A DNA stretch of 64,000 nucleotides. Source: an uncultured Pelagibacteraceae bacterium (GTDB lineage: Bacteria > Pseudomonadota > Alphaproteobacteria > Pelagibacterales > Pelagibacteraceae). The translations under genes and the position numbers were made by a program. The stretch's first letter is position 1, and every line of letters begins with the position of its first letter. The DNA is taken from the NCBI GenBank assembly GCA_902604785.1, contig CACLAC010000004.1:1526-65525 (forward strand), written 5' to 3'. Below are positions 1 through 10,310 of this stretch, one piece after another. The notes below the pieces were generated by a model. It saw only the letters and a program-made list of their open reading frames with translations, had not been told where the DNA came from and did no database searches.

Positions 1-357
1 GATAAAAATGTAATTTTAGAAGATTGGTCTGAATTAATACATTTAGATGAAAATAAAGAATTTAAGCAAGTAAGATTTAGTCCTAGATTAGATTACGTTC
101 CAATATTAGAAAAGAATAAATTAGATTTATATTATAAATCTCGAAAAAAATTGTCTGACCTATATAATTCTGAATCAAATAGAATAAAATTTAGATTAGG
201 GCCGAAAGATCTAATTATGATGGATAATTATAGAGTATTACATGGAAGAACAAAATTTGATCCTCAAGAAGGAGAAAGACATTTGCAAGGATGTTATATA
301 GACTTTGATAGTACCGAAGGCAGGTTAAGACACTTAAAAAGGAAGTTTAATATCTAA
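1..357 (+). CDS. TauD/gamma-butyrobetaine-dioxygenase-like Fe(II)/2OG dioxygenase, 5'-truncated by window edge
   Basis: Frame is open from base 1 (DKNVILEDW...); C-terminal DNYRVLHGRT and RHLQGCYID motifs are typical of the BBOX/TMLH family. Confidence 0.8.
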   Translation, partial: DKNVILEDWSELIHLDENKEFKQVRFSPRLDYVPILEKNKLDLYYKSRKKLSDLYNSESNRIKFRLGPKDLIMMDNYRVLHGRTKFDPQEGERHLQGCYIDFDSTEGRLRHLKRKFNI

Positions 358-358
358 A

Positions 359-1066
359 TTATCCAATTTTTTGTAATATTGGAATATATTTTAATAAATA
401 AAACCCTATTGCTTGTAATTGATTAGTAATAATTAGTATTCCTGTAATTAACAACAAAGCTCCTCCTGATTTTAAAATAATATTCATTTTTGATTTTATA
501 TTTTTTGAAAAAACTAAAAATTTTTGAATTAAATACCCTGATAAAATAAAAGGAATTGCCAAACCTAGAGAATAAAAAACTAACAAAAGAATTCCTCTAT
601 TTAAGCTTTGTTCTGTTGATGCAAGAGCTAGAATAGAACCAAGAATCGGTCCAATACATGGTGTCCAACCAAATCCAAATGCCATACCAACTAATAAAGA
701 ACTAAAAATTCCTGATTTTTTTTCTGTATAAATTCTTTTTTCATAATTTAAAAAATTTAAATTAATTATTCCTAAAATATGTAATGAAAAAATAATTATA
801 ATTATTCCTGACACTATTCTTAAGTAATAAGAATTATTTAAAATGAGAGATCCTAAAAATGATGCAGTTGCGCCAAAAGATATAAATACAATCGAAAATC
901 CAATCGCAAACAATATTATTGGAAAAATATTAACAGTTTTCTTTTCTATTAGTTCATTTAATGAACTGCCTGAAATATAAGAGATATAACCAGGAATAAG
1001 AGGTAATACGCAAGGCGATAAAAAACTTATTAATCCTGCACCAAAAGCAATGAATAATTGTGTCAT
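359..1066 (-). CDS. ccdA: Cytochrome c biogenesis protein CcdA
   Basis: SFLSPCVLPLIPGY and GWTPCIGPILG motifs; multi-TM protein. Confidence 0.93.
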   Translation of the reverse strand: MTQLFIAFGAGLISFLSPCVLPLIPGYISYISGSSLNELIEKKTVNIFPIILFAIGFSIVFISFGATASFLGSLILNNSYYLRIVSGIIIIIFSLHILGIINLNFLNYEKRIYTEKKSGIFSSLLVGMAFGFGWTPCIGPILGSILALASTEQSLNRGILLLVFYSLGLAIPFILSGYLIQKFLVFSKNIKSKMNIILKSGGALLLITGILIITNQLQAIGFYLLKYIPILQKIG

Positions 1067-3757
1067 TTAACCAGTGTTTTTCATTGCAGCTGAAATACCT
1101 GCAATTGAGGTCATTAAAGCATCATTAAGATATTTTTTTTCTTTAAAATTATATCTCTTTCGAGATAACTTGCTCATTGTCGCCGCTTGAACAATATTTA
1201 AAACTTCAGAATATATATTTCTAACAATAACAGTTGTCCTAAATTCTTTTCTTGCTTTAATAATTTCTTTTGGAGTTATTTGTTTGTTAAGTTTTTGTAT
1301 TTCTTGAAATTGAATTCTTAGTTTGCTGCCAACTTTCTTTAAGTTATAATCTGCTAAATTTTCTTCGTAAATTTTAGAAATCTCAGGATCTGCTTTTGAT
1401 ATAACCATATCTAATATATCCATCATAGAGTTAAAAAATGGCCAATCTTTTTCCATTTTAATTAAAGTTTTTTTATATTTACTTTTAGAAGAAAACCTTA
1501 GCGCCTTTGCGCTTCCAAGCCACGATGGTAACATCAATCTAATTTGTGTCCAAGCAAATACCCAGGGTATTGCTCTTAAACTTTGAATATTGTCTACATT
1601 TTTTCTTTTTGAAGGTCTTGATCCTATAGATAATTTTCCTAAAGACACATGAGGGGTTACAGTTTTAAAGTATCTTATAAAATCAGAATTTTCATTTATG
1701 TTTTTTCTGTATGATATGGTTGAAATTTCTGACATTTTTTCAATCAATTCTCTCCATTCTTTTTTTGGATAAGGTGGTGGAATTAGAGTAGCTTGCATCA
1801 CGGCGCCTATATAACTACAAAGATTATATTTAGCCATTGGCTCATATCCATATTTTTGTTGTATTACTTCGCCTTGATCTGTGATTCTAATTTTTCCATT
1901 TACTGAATTTGGTGGTTGAGATCTCAAAGTTGCTTGGATAGGGCCTCCTCCACGACCAGCAGATCCTCCACGACCATGAAAAAAAGTAACATCGATTTTA
2001 TATTTTTTTGCAAGTTTTATAATTTCTTCTTGGGCTTTATATTGATGCCAACTTGCAGATAATTTTCCTGCGTCCTTACTCGAATCTGAATAACCAATCA
2101 TTACTTCTTGTTTATTATTAATCATTTTTCTATACCAATTTAATGAAAATAATTTTTTCATTATAGATTTAGCATTTATCAAATCTTCCAAAGTTTCAAA
2201 TAACGGAACTATTCTTAGAAAGTCTTTAATTTTTGCTTCCTTTTGGAGAAATGCAACAGACAAAATATCTGAGGCTGCTGAAGTCATAGAAATTACATAG
2301 GCGCCTAAACATTCTTTTGGTTCATTTGATAAAATTTTAAATGTTTCCCACACTTCTTTATTTTCTTTATTTTTAAAAGAAAATTTATTTATAAGATTTA
2401 TTTTTGATTTAATTTTTGAAGACAATAATTTTATTTTCTTATCTTCGCTCAAATTATTATAGTTAAATTTATATTTTCTTTTTAATAATTCAGCAATGAG
2501 CTGTGAATGTCTTGATGACTCCTGCCTTATATCTAGTCTTGCCAAATTAATGCCAAAACATTTAGCTCTTCTCATTAAATCTAATAAATCGCCACTGGCA
2601 ATATTTTCACTATTATTTTCTTCAAGTGACTCTCTAACTACCCTTAAAGGTTTTAAAATTTCCTCTCTGTTACACAAAAGCTTTTTTTGATCTAAAGGAA
2701 CATTTTCAACTAAGTGCTGTTCAATTAATTTATGAGTAAGTCGCATTTTGTTTCTTAATGGTCTTAAATAAACTCTATAAGGCTCAAAAGTTTTACCAGT
2801 TTTTGAAATTATTTTTTTTGAACATTTATCTATTGATAAAGATCTGATTAATTTGGTTAATTCTTTTTCATATAACTTAGCTGCCTCCCATCGTGATAAT
2901 AAAATTACCTCTTTAGTTACTTTGGCAGTAACATTTGGGTTACCATCTCTATCTCCACCCATCCACGAACCAAATTCAATTGGATTAAAATTTTTTGGTA
3001 ATCCTTTTCCTATATTTTTTACAAAAATATCATTTAACCTCCTGTAAACTTTTGGAATTGTTTCCCACAAACTATCTTCAATAATTGCAAGACCCCACCT
3101 TGCTTCATCTGGTGGCGTGGGTCTCGATCTCTTTAATTCGTCAGTATTCCAAATTATTGTAAATTCATCGAATAATTTTTTATCTAATATTTTTAATTTA
3201 AAAGGATATTTTTTTAACAAATCTCTCTGTTCCATTATTTCAGTAATTTTGTGGTACTTAAGTATCAAAGTTCTTCTTTTTACTTCTGTTGGATGAGCGG
3301 TTAATACAATTCCTATATTTAAATTTTTTGCTATATCGTAAATTTTATTAGTTGATATTTTTCTATTTTTAAAAAAACCTTCAAATATCTCTTCAATAAA
3401 AATATTTTTGTTGGAATCTATTTGTTTTTTGTTTTCATATTCATTTAGTTTTCGCGCTCCATCAATAGACTCAGCAATGTTTATGAAATTCATAAAATGT
3501 GTAAATGCTCTTGTTAACTTAAACAAATTAATTGGGCTTAAATTTTTAATTTTATTTGAAAGTTTTTTAAATGACTTTTTTTTATTAATGTTTGCAGTAT
3601 TAGCCTTAGATAAACGCCGAACATTTTCGACTAATCTAAAAAAATTTGTTCCTTCTTGCTGCTTTATAACTCTTCCCAAGATATTTCCCAAATATCTAAC
3701 ATCTTCTCTTAGAGATTTTGTTGGAATTCTCTCATAATATAAATCACGCTTTAACAT
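1067..3757 (-). CDS. ppc: Phosphoenolpyruvate carboxylase
   Basis: VLTAHPTE, SWMGGDRDGNP, MIGYSDSSKDAG, FHGRGG, LRAIPWVFAWTQ and C-terminal MKNTG. Confidence 0.98.
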   Translation of the reverse strand: MLKRDLYYERIPTKSLREDVRYLGNILGRVIKQQEGTNFFRLVENVRRLSKANTANINKKKSFKKLSNKIKNLSPINLFKLTRAFTHFMNFINIAESIDGARKLNEYENKKQIDSNKNIFIEEIFEGFFKNRKISTNKIYDIAKNLNIGIVLTAHPTEVKRRTLILKYHKITEIMEQRDLLKKYPFKLKILDKKLFDEFTIIWNTDELKRSRPTPPDEARWGLAIIEDSLWETIPKVYRRLNDIFVKNIGKGLPKNFNPIEFGSWMGGDRDGNPNVTAKVTKEVILLSRWEAAKLYEKELTKLIRSLSIDKCSKKIISKTGKTFEPYRVYLRPLRNKMRLTHKLIEQHLVENVPLDQKKLLCNREEILKPLRVVRESLEENNSENIASGDLLDLMRRAKCFGINLARLDIRQESSRHSQLIAELLKRKYKFNYNNLSEDKKIKLLSSKIKSKINLINKFSFKNKENKEVWETFKILSNEPKECLGAYVISMTSAASDILSVAFLQKEAKIKDFLRIVPLFETLEDLINAKSIMKKLFSLNWYRKMINNKQEVMIGYSDSSKDAGKLSASWHQYKAQEEIIKLAKKYKIDVTFFHGRGGSAGRGGGPIQATLRSQPPNSVNGKIRITDQGEVIQQKYGYEPMAKYNLCSYIGAVMQATLIPPPYPKKEWRELIEKMSEISTISYRKNINENSDFIRYFKTVTPHVSLGKLSIGSRPSKRKNVDNIQSLRAIPWVFAWTQIRLMLPSWLGSAKALRFSSKSKYKKTLIKMEKDWPFFNSMMDILDMVISKADPEISKIYEENLADYNLKKVGSKLRIQFQEIQKLNKQITPKEIIKARKEFRTTVIVRNIYSEVLNIVQAATMSKLSRKRYNFKEKKYLNDALMTSIAGISAAMKNTG

Positions 3758-3766
3758 AATTTTATA

Positions 3767-4609
3767 TTATACTTTTGCTACTTTTGAGTTCTGTTCTCCA
3801 AGGCCATCAATTGATAATCTAATTTTATCCCCTTCTTTTAAAAATACTTGAGGCTTCTTACCCATTCCTACTCCTGGAGGTGTTCCAGTTGTAATTATAT
3901 CACCTGCCTGCAAAGACATGAATTTACTTACATATGATACTATTGTATCTACATTAAAAATCATTGTACTAGTATTTCCGGTTTGCATTCTCTTACCATT
4001 TACATCTAATGACATGTTAAGATTATTTATATCTTTAATCTCATCTTTAGTAACTAGATATGGACCAATTGGACCGTAGGTATCATGTGACTTACCTTTT
4101 ACCCATTGTCCCATTTTTTCTATCTGCCATTCTCTTTCACTTACATCATTTACTAAACAATATCCTAAAATATGATCTTGTGACTGATCTTCAGAAATAT
4201 GTTTTGCATTTTTTCCAATAACAACTCCGAGTTCTACTTCCCAATCTAATTTTTTTGATCCTGAAACTATTTCCACATTATCATTTGGACCACAAATTGA
4301 ACTTGTGGCTTTCATAAACATAATTGGCTCAGTTGGTGGTTTTGCACCTGTTTCTGCGGCATGATCTGAAAAATTTAAACCTATAGCTATAAATTTTCCG
4401 GGTCTAGATATACATGAACCTACTCTTTCACTATTAGAAATTTCTGGCAAAGATGAATAGTCTAAACCTTGAATTTTAGAAAAAGTTTCAAAATTTAAAC
4501 TATTTGGATCTAAATCTTCTATATAAGAACTTAAATCTTTGTATCTTCCGTCTTTATCTAAAACAACAGGTTTTTCTTTTCCTAAATTTCCAATTCTTAA
4601 TAATTTCAT
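3767..4609 (-). CDS. Fumarylacetoacetate hydrolase family protein; LRA6-like 2,4-diketo-3-deoxy-acid hydrolase candidate
   Basis: IGLNFSDHA, LDWEVELG, NDVSER, GKSHDTYGPIGP and TGTPPGVG motifs; same island as rhamnonate dehydratase and LRA5-like SDR. Confidence 0.85.
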   Translation of the reverse strand: MKLLRIGNLGKEKPVVLDKDGRYKDLSSYIEDLDPNSLNFETFSKIQGLDYSSLPEISNSERVGSCISRPGKFIAIGLNFSDHAAETGAKPPTEPIMFMKATSSICGPNDNVEIVSGSKKLDWEVELGVVIGKNAKHISEDQSQDHILGYCLVNDVSEREWQIEKMGQWVKGKSHDTYGPIGPYLVTKDEIKDINNLNMSLDVNGKRMQTGNTSTMIFNVDTIVSYVSKFMSLQAGDIITTGTPPGVGMGKKPQVFLKEGDKIRLSIDGLGEQNSKVAKV

Positions 4610-4624
4610 ATTATCATTATATCA

Positions 4625-5524
4625 TTAATAATTTATTTTTCTTCCTAATCTTGCTGCCCCTCTAACACCACTAGCATCCCCATACATAGGCATAATTAAC
4701 GCAGTATTTAGCTTTCCTACTTTTAAAAATTTTTCAATTTTTTTTTTGACTTCATCTAAAAAACTAATTTCATTTGAAACTCCACCTCCAAATACTATAG
4801 CATCTGGGTCTATAATGTTAATTAACGAACAAAGTGAAATAGCTAAATTTTCTTTATATTCATCAATAATTTTTTCAGCCTCAATGTCATTTTTTCTATA
4901 TAATTCAAAAATTTCAAATGCTTTTAGGTCTTTATGATATTTTTCTTTAAATATTTTAGACAAACTTAAACCAGATAAGAAACTTTCTATTTGGCTATCT
5001 CTAAAATTTGTTTTTCTCTTTAAACTATTGATATCAACTCTAGGTAGATGATTGTGTCCCCATTCTCCTGCTAAGTTATTTGCTCCTTTTACAATTTTTT
5101 TATTAATTACTAATCCTCCTCCACATCCTGATCCAAGAATAACACCAAAAACTATATTATAATGTTTTGCCGATCCATCAATTGCCTCTGAAAGGGTAAA
5201 ACAGTTTGCATCATTTTCACAAAAAACATTTCTATTTAATTTTTTGATTATATCTTTTTGAAATAATTTTTCATTTAACCAAGGGGAATTAGTTGCATTA
5301 TTTAATAAACCCGTCTCATTTGAAATAGAACCAGGATGACAAATTCCTACTTCAAATTTATTATTAAATTTTGCATCCAATTTATTTATAATATTGGCAA
5401 TAGAGTTTATTGTTCCTTGATAATTCTGTGGAGATTTTTCTCTTTCTCTTATTATTTCACTTCCTTTCTCATCTAACAATACATATTCTACTTTTGTTGC
5501 ACCTAAATCTATACCAATTTGCAT
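4625..5524 (-). CDS. ROK family sugar kinase (Mak/fructokinase-like) lacking the Cys-rich Zn motif
   Basis: GIDLGATK, ENDANC, GVILGSGCGGG, AGEWGH and GDASGVRGAA motifs. Confidence 0.88.
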   Translation of the reverse strand: MQIGIDLGATKVEYVLLDEKGSEIIREREKSPQNYQGTINSIANIINKLDAKFNNKFEVGICHPGSISNETGLLNNATNSPWLNEKLFQKDIIKKLNRNVFCENDANCFTLSEAIDGSAKHYNIVFGVILGSGCGGGLVINKKIVKGANNLAGEWGHNHLPRVDINSLKRKTNFRDSQIESFLSGLSLSKIFKEKYHKDLKAFEIFELYRKNDIEAEKIIDEYKENLAISLCSLINIIDPDAIVFGGGVSNEISFLDEVKKKIEKFLKVGKLNTALIMPMYGDASGVRGAARLGRKINY

Positions 5525-5581
5525 AAATAATATGTTGTTCTACTTATAATTAATAATTTATTTTATCCCTAATTTTGTCAT

Positions 5582-6457
5582 TCACCTAAAGCCCACTCTC
5601 ATTTTGTTTTTATAAATTGTGAAATAAAGTCTCAAAATTACACCAATTAAAATAAAAATACCTCCAATAAATACATTTAATGTCGGTATATCTTTTATAA
5701 ATAAGTAAGCCCATATTGGTCCCAAAACTGCCTCTAATAACATAGTAAGTCCAATTACAGCAGATGAAATATATTTTGATGCTAATACCAATAAGATAAA
5801 TGGCAATCCAGTTTGAAAAATTCCTGCTGTAGAAGCTAAATATAAATCATTTCTTGAAACAACTATATTATCACAGACAAATAAAGCATAAATAATTACT
5901 AATATAGAACCAATGAATCCTGATAGAGTTAAATCAGAATTAGGAAACTTTTTAACAAGTATAACAATTCCAGCAAAGCAAAGTGGCATTGCTAAAGCAA
6001 TTATATTACCCTTTAAATCTCCAACATTTATAGAATTTGTAAAAATTATTAATACCCCGATAAGCGCTATTAAAATAGAAAAAAGAGTCACAAATTCAAA
6101 TTTTTCTTTCAAAAATATAAATCCAAAAACTGAGAGAAAAATTACTTGTGTTGTCATTATAAAATTAACATTTGCTACACTAGTATTTAACATGGAGTAA
6201 ACATATGCTACGAAACCAAAGAATAATCCTATGCCCATTAAAAAAGATACTAGTCCCGATTTGTAAATTGATTTAATAATATTTTTTTTATATTTGAGTA
6301 ATAAAAAAATAAAAATTGTTGTTGCAAAGAATAACTGTCTCCAAAAAAGTATTTGCCATGGATCCTGTGTTTCAAATGACTTTACAATTAAACCACCAAA
6401 ACTTACCAAAAAGACACCTATAAAAATTATTAAACTACCAAAAATTTTTTTATTCAT
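5582..6457 (-). CDS. DMT/EamA family transporter
   Basis: About 10 TM segments; FLKEK and LLEAVLGPIW EamA-type motifs. Confidence 0.85.
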   Translation of the reverse strand: MNKKIFGSLIIFIGVFLVSFGGLIVKSFETQDPWQILFWRQLFFATTIFIFLLLKYKKNIIKSIYKSGLVSFLMGIGLFFGFVAYVYSMLNTSVANVNFIMTTQVIFLSVFGFIFLKEKFEFVTLFSILIALIGVLIIFTNSINVGDLKGNIIALAMPLCFAGIVILVKKFPNSDLTLSGFIGSILVIIYALFVCDNIVVSRNDLYLASTAGIFQTGLPFILLVLASKYISSAVIGLTMLLEAVLGPIWAYLFIKDIPTLNVFIGGIFILIGVILRLYFTIYKNKMRVGFR

Positions 6458-6469
6458 AAAAAATTTTAT

Positions 6470-7789
6470 TTACCCTTTTAATAAAGAGGGCAAGAAAAGA
6501 ACTATATCAGGATATAAAACTAAAATTGTTACAGCTAAGATTTGTAAAAAAATAAAAGGTATTACTCCTCTAAATATATCAAATAAAGATATATTTGGTG
6601 GTGCAACACTTTTAATATAAAAGCAGGCGGGTCCAAAAGGTGGGGAAACAAAACCAATTTGCATGTTCAAACTAAACAATACTCCGTACCAGACAGGACT
6701 GTATCCTAATTGAATAATAATTGGTAAAAAAATTGGAGAAGTTAGCAGAAGTATTCCAATCCAATCCATAAACATTCCTAGTAAGATTAATATAAACATC
6801 ATTGTTAAAATTATTCCAACTGCTCCGAAAGGTAAGCTCAAGACAAGTTCTTTTAAATATTTAGTTCCACCCATAATACTAAAAACACCTATAAGACTTG
6901 TTGATCCCATGGTTAGCCAGAAGAGTCTACCTGTTACGCTTAAAGTATATGTTAGACAATCTTTTAAAAAATTGAAATTTACTTTTTTTCTTTTAAAGGC
7001 GATCAATAATGCTGCTAATGCACCAGTAGCTGCTGTTTCGGTAACTGTAGCAATACCTCCGTAAATACTTACCATAATCCAAAGTGCAATAAGTCCAGGT
7101 GCAGCTAATTTTTTTAGAAGTCTTACTCTTTCATTAAGAGGAGGTAAATCTTCCTCTTTTCTCCTAGGTCCTTTAGTTGGATCAAAGTAACATACAGTTA
7201 TTATATAAATCATATAAAAGCCAGCCAACATAAACCCCGGTATAAAAGAAGCTAAGAACAAAGAACCTGTATCGACACCTGCTTCTAAAGCAAAAAAAAT
7301 TAATATTATTGAAGGGGGTATCATCGTGCCTAAACCACCTCCTACACAAATTAATCCTACAGACAAATGTTTGTTGTAACCTAACCTTAAAAGCTGAGGC
7401 AATGCTACTAGACCAAGCATAAGTAACTCACCTCCCGCAATTCCAGTAATGGCTGCAAGAAAAACAGCTGCTACCATTGTTTGAACTCCAACACCTCCTG
7501 GTATTGAATTGCCCCAGACTGACATTGCATCAAATAAATCTCTAGCAATACCTGATTTTTCCATAAAAGTTGACATCAAAATAAATAAGGGGACCGCCAC
7601 CAAAGTGTATTCGACAATTAAGGTGTACATCCTTGAAGCTACTAATGGCAATGCATTTGGCCCAATAAAAACAACTGCTCCAACAAGTGCTATCGAAATT
7701 GTTATAAATGCTAATGGTAGGCCTAACATCATTAGGAAAATCATTGACCCAAGCATTACTAAAGTTGCTGTTTCTACTGGTATTTCCAT
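6470..7789 (-). CDS. dctM: TRAP transporter large permease DctM
   Basis: LVAVPLFILM, GGGLGTMIPPS and VSPPFG motifs. Confidence 0.93.
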   Translation of the reverse strand: MEIPVETATLVMLGSMIFLMMLGLPLAFITISIALVGAVVFIGPNALPLVASRMYTLIVEYTLVAVPLFILMSTFMEKSGIARDLFDAMSVWGNSIPGGVGVQTMVAAVFLAAITGIAGGELLMLGLVALPQLLRLGYNKHLSVGLICVGGGLGTMIPPSIILIFFALEAGVDTGSLFLASFIPGFMLAGFYMIYIITVCYFDPTKGPRRKEEDLPPLNERVRLLKKLAAPGLIALWIMVSIYGGIATVTETAATGALAALLIAFKRKKVNFNFLKDCLTYTLSVTGRLFWLTMGSTSLIGVFSIMGGTKYLKELVLSLPFGAVGIILTMMFILILLGMFMDWIGILLLTSPIFLPIIIQLGYSPVWYGVLFSLNMQIGFVSPPFGPACFYIKSVAPPNISLFDIFRGVIPFIFLQILAVTILVLYPDIVLFLPSLLKG

Positions 7790-7790
7790 T

Positions 7791-8297
7791 TTACTTTATA
7801 GATTTCGTATTGATAATATGTTTATATAAATTCACTAAGAACTGCATACCCATTACAAAAGCTGCAGCGCCGATCATTGGTTTAACAATTCCAGGCCCTG
7901 GTGAATCTAGACCTGTTCCACTAGTTTCCCAGTTTAATAAAGCAGCCCAGCCCCAAGGCAAACAAGCATAACAGAGAACAAAACATACAATACATGCAAA
8001 TATGATATTAAAAATCTGAATTGCATTTTTTAATTTTTTTGGCAATTGATCGAGTATTGTTGTTATAGAAATATGTGCTTGTTGATGTGTAACATATGGT
8101 CCTGCCATACATATTGCAGCACCAGATAAATAAATACAAGTTTCAAAAACCCAATTCGTAGGATTATTAAACACATATCTCATCAAAACTTCATAAGAAG
8201 TAAAAAAAACAATAAAAATATAAAATGTAGAGGCAAAATTTCCAAGATACTTTGATATGGTGTCTATAAAATTAAAAAATATTTCTATTATTTTCAT
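7791..8297 (-). CDS. dctQ: TRAP transporter small permease DctQ
   Basis: EVLMRYVFNNPTNW and HISI motifs; 4 TM; lies between dctP and dctM. Confidence 0.92.
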   Translation of the reverse strand: MKIIEIFFNFIDTISKYLGNFASTFYIFIVFFTSYEVLMRYVFNNPTNWVFETCIYLSGAAICMAGPYVTHQQAHISITTILDQLPKKLKNAIQIFNIIFACIVCFVLCYACLPWGWAALLNWETSGTGLDSPGPGIVKPMIGAAAFVMGMQFLVNLYKHIINTKSIK

Positions 8298-8321
8298 AAA
8301 TTATTGGAAGTAATAATTAAG

Positions 8322-8353
8322 AAGTAGCCAATAATTAAAATTATTGGCTACTT
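8322..8353. terminator. Intergenic stem-loop between dctP and dctQ (partial terminator or mRNA-stabilising hairpin)
   Basis: Perfect inverted repeat AAGTAGCCAATAATT (8322-8336) / AATTATTGGCTACTT (8339-8353). Confidence 0.75.
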
Positions 8354-8363
8354 TAAAAAAAAT

Positions 8364-9380
8364 CTAGTCTAACATCCTAATTGTTTTAAGATATGAGATT
8401 TGATTATCATAAGCTTGTTTTGCAAAATCACTTTTCTTTGACTCTTGCTCCCAGATTTTAGCAGCCATAGCTCTCATTTTCTTTCTTTCATCATCAGACC
8501 AATTAATAATAGTTACTCCATGGTTTTCTAGATCGTCTTTTTCTGCAGGCCCTCTTAACATTAATTGTCTCATGTTTATTTGAGTTCCCATATCTCTAGT
8601 AGCCATATTTAATATTGCTTGGATATCTTTTGGTTGTGCATTCCATTTTTTCATATTTACTGTTAAAGATAAAACAGGCATTGAATGGAAATCAACTAGC
8701 GCATATTTTGCAACTTTATGTAGACCTAATGACTTATTAGCAACATAGTCAGATAAATCAGCAGCATCGATTACACCTTTTTCTAAAGCATTGTAAACTT
8801 CACCACCTGATAAATTAACTGGAGACGCTCCCATCGCTTTTAAAAGTTGAGTAGCTGTTCCCGAAGGAGCTCTCATTTTTACACCTTTAAAATCCGCAAT
8901 AGAGTTTATTGGTTTTTTTGATGCGACTGACTCGATACCAGCATTTGGGCAGCCTACAAAGTGTGCACCAAAACCTTTGTACATTTTTTGGTAAAGTTCT
9001 TTTCCTCCACCATATTCGCACCAAGTTGCTGCTTCAAACCAGTTACTATAAGCTCCAATTAAATCTGCTAATAGAGGTATAGCAGGATCTCTTCCAGCAA
9101 AGTATGCTGGAGAAGTTATGTCGGCATCAATTATTCCCATCTGAACAGCCTCTAATGTTTCAAATGGTGGTATAATTGCTTTAGCCGGATATAGTTCTAA
9201 AGTTAATCTTCCACCAAGCATAGTATTTACCTCTTTCACCCAATCATCAATAAACTGATAAACTGTGTGACCAGTTGGTAGGTGAGCCTGAACTTTCCAT
9301 GTTTCTGCTTTTACTGAAAAAGTAAATAAAAGTGCAAATAACATTCCAAGAAGTCCAGATTTCTTTATTATATTTGTCAT
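8364..9380 (-). CDS. dctP: TRAP transporter substrate-binding protein DctP
   Basis: Signal peptide (..VKA/ETWK); FKGVKMR and GEVYNALEKGVIDA motifs; SD-like GGGG upstream. Confidence 0.93.
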   Translation of the reverse strand: MTNIIKKSGLLGMLFALLFTFSVKAETWKVQAHLPTGHTVYQFIDDWVKEVNTMLGGRLTLELYPAKAIIPPFETLEAVQMGIIDADITSPAYFAGRDPAIPLLADLIGAYSNWFEAATWCEYGGGKELYQKMYKGFGAHFVGCPNAGIESVASKKPINSIADFKGVKMRAPSGTATQLLKAMGASPVNLSGGEVYNALEKGVIDAADLSDYVANKSLGLHKVAKYALVDFHSMPVLSLTVNMKKWNAQPKDIQAILNMATRDMGTQINMRQLMLRGPAEKDDLENHGVTIINWSDDERKKMRAMAAKIWEQESKKSDFAKQAYDNQISYLKTIRMLD

Positions 9381-9407
9381 GTTTTCCCCTTTCGTTATTT
9401 AAAACTA

Positions 9408-9537
9408 TAATAATTCTAATTTACACACTCAATAAAAATGATTTTGAACTTAGCTCAATTTAAAGGAAAAAATTAACTTTTATAAATTTTTTTAAACTTC
9501 TAGTTGTACTAGTTTTTAATTGTAATAATTCTAATTT
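9408..9537. promoter_or_regulatory. Divergent promoter region with duplicated 15-bp element TAATAATTCTAATTT
   Basis: Identical copies at 9408-9422 and 9523-9537, each about 27 nt from a divergent start codon. Confidence 0.4.
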
Positions 9538-9563
9538 GCTGCAGAATAAATTAAAATTATTTT

Positions 9564-10310
9564 ATGCATAAATTTGATTTAAATAATCGTCTAGCAATTG
9601 TCACAGGTGGTGCGCAAGGATTTGGCTATGCAATAGTTAAAAGATTTTTAGATTCAGGCGCAAAAGTAATCATATGGGATATTGATAAAAAATTTATTGA
9701 AAAGGCAATAGAAGATTCTGGCTCAAAGAATTTAAATTATCAAATTGTAGATATTACTAATTTTGATGAGATAAAAAAAAATTTTGATGAAATTTCAGCA
9801 AAAAACAAAGTTGATATTTTTGTAAATAATGCAGGTGTAGCAGGTCTTAATGATAAAGTCTGGAACTATCCTAATGAGGAATGGTTAAAAGTTTTAAATA
9901 TAAATTTAAATTCTACATTTTACTGTTGTAAGGTTGTCATTCCTCATATGATAAAAAATAATTATGGAAGGATAATTAATATTGCTTCCATAGCAGGTAA
10001 AGAAGGCAATCCAAATGCTAGTGCATATAGTACTTCTAAAGCAGGAGTTATTGCTTTAACTAAATCATTAGGTAAAGAGCTTGCTGATAAAAATATTGCA
10101 GTAAATTGTATTACTCCTGCTGCTGCTAAAACAAGAATTTTTGATCAGATGACGGAAGAGCATATTAATTACATGCTTTCCAAAATTCCAAGAAATAGAT
10201 TTGTAAAAGTAGAAGAATTGGCATCGATGGCTTGTTGGATGGCATCTGAAGAAAATTCTTATACTACTGGAGGAGTATTTGATTTAAGTGGAGGGAGAGC
10301 AACTTATTAA
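9564..10310 (+). CDS. SDR oxidoreductase, LRA5-like 2-keto-3-deoxy-L-rhamnonate 4-dehydrogenase candidate
   Basis: TGGAQGFG, NNAG, AGKEGNPNASAYSTSK, KSLGKELA and C-terminal DLSGGRATY resemble the Sphingomonas LRA5 type; coupled to rhmD by a TAATG overlap. Confidence 0.75.
   Translation: MHKFDLNNRLAIVTGGAQGFGYAIVKRFLDSGAKVIIWDIDKKFIEKAIEDSGSKNLNYQIVDITNFDEIKKNFDEISAKNKVDIFVNNAGVAGLNDKVWNYPNEEWLKVLNINLNSTFYCCKVVIPHMIKNNYGRIINIASIAGKEGNPNASAYSTSKAGVIALTKSLGKELADKNIAVNCITPAAAKTRIFDQMTEEHINYMLSKIPRNRFVKVEELASMACWMASEENSYTTGGVFDLSGGRATY

Noticed and set aside
9564-10310. Second fabG
   Set aside because: The true fabG is in the fabD-acpP cluster; motifs and context fit a keto-deoxy-acid dehydrogenase
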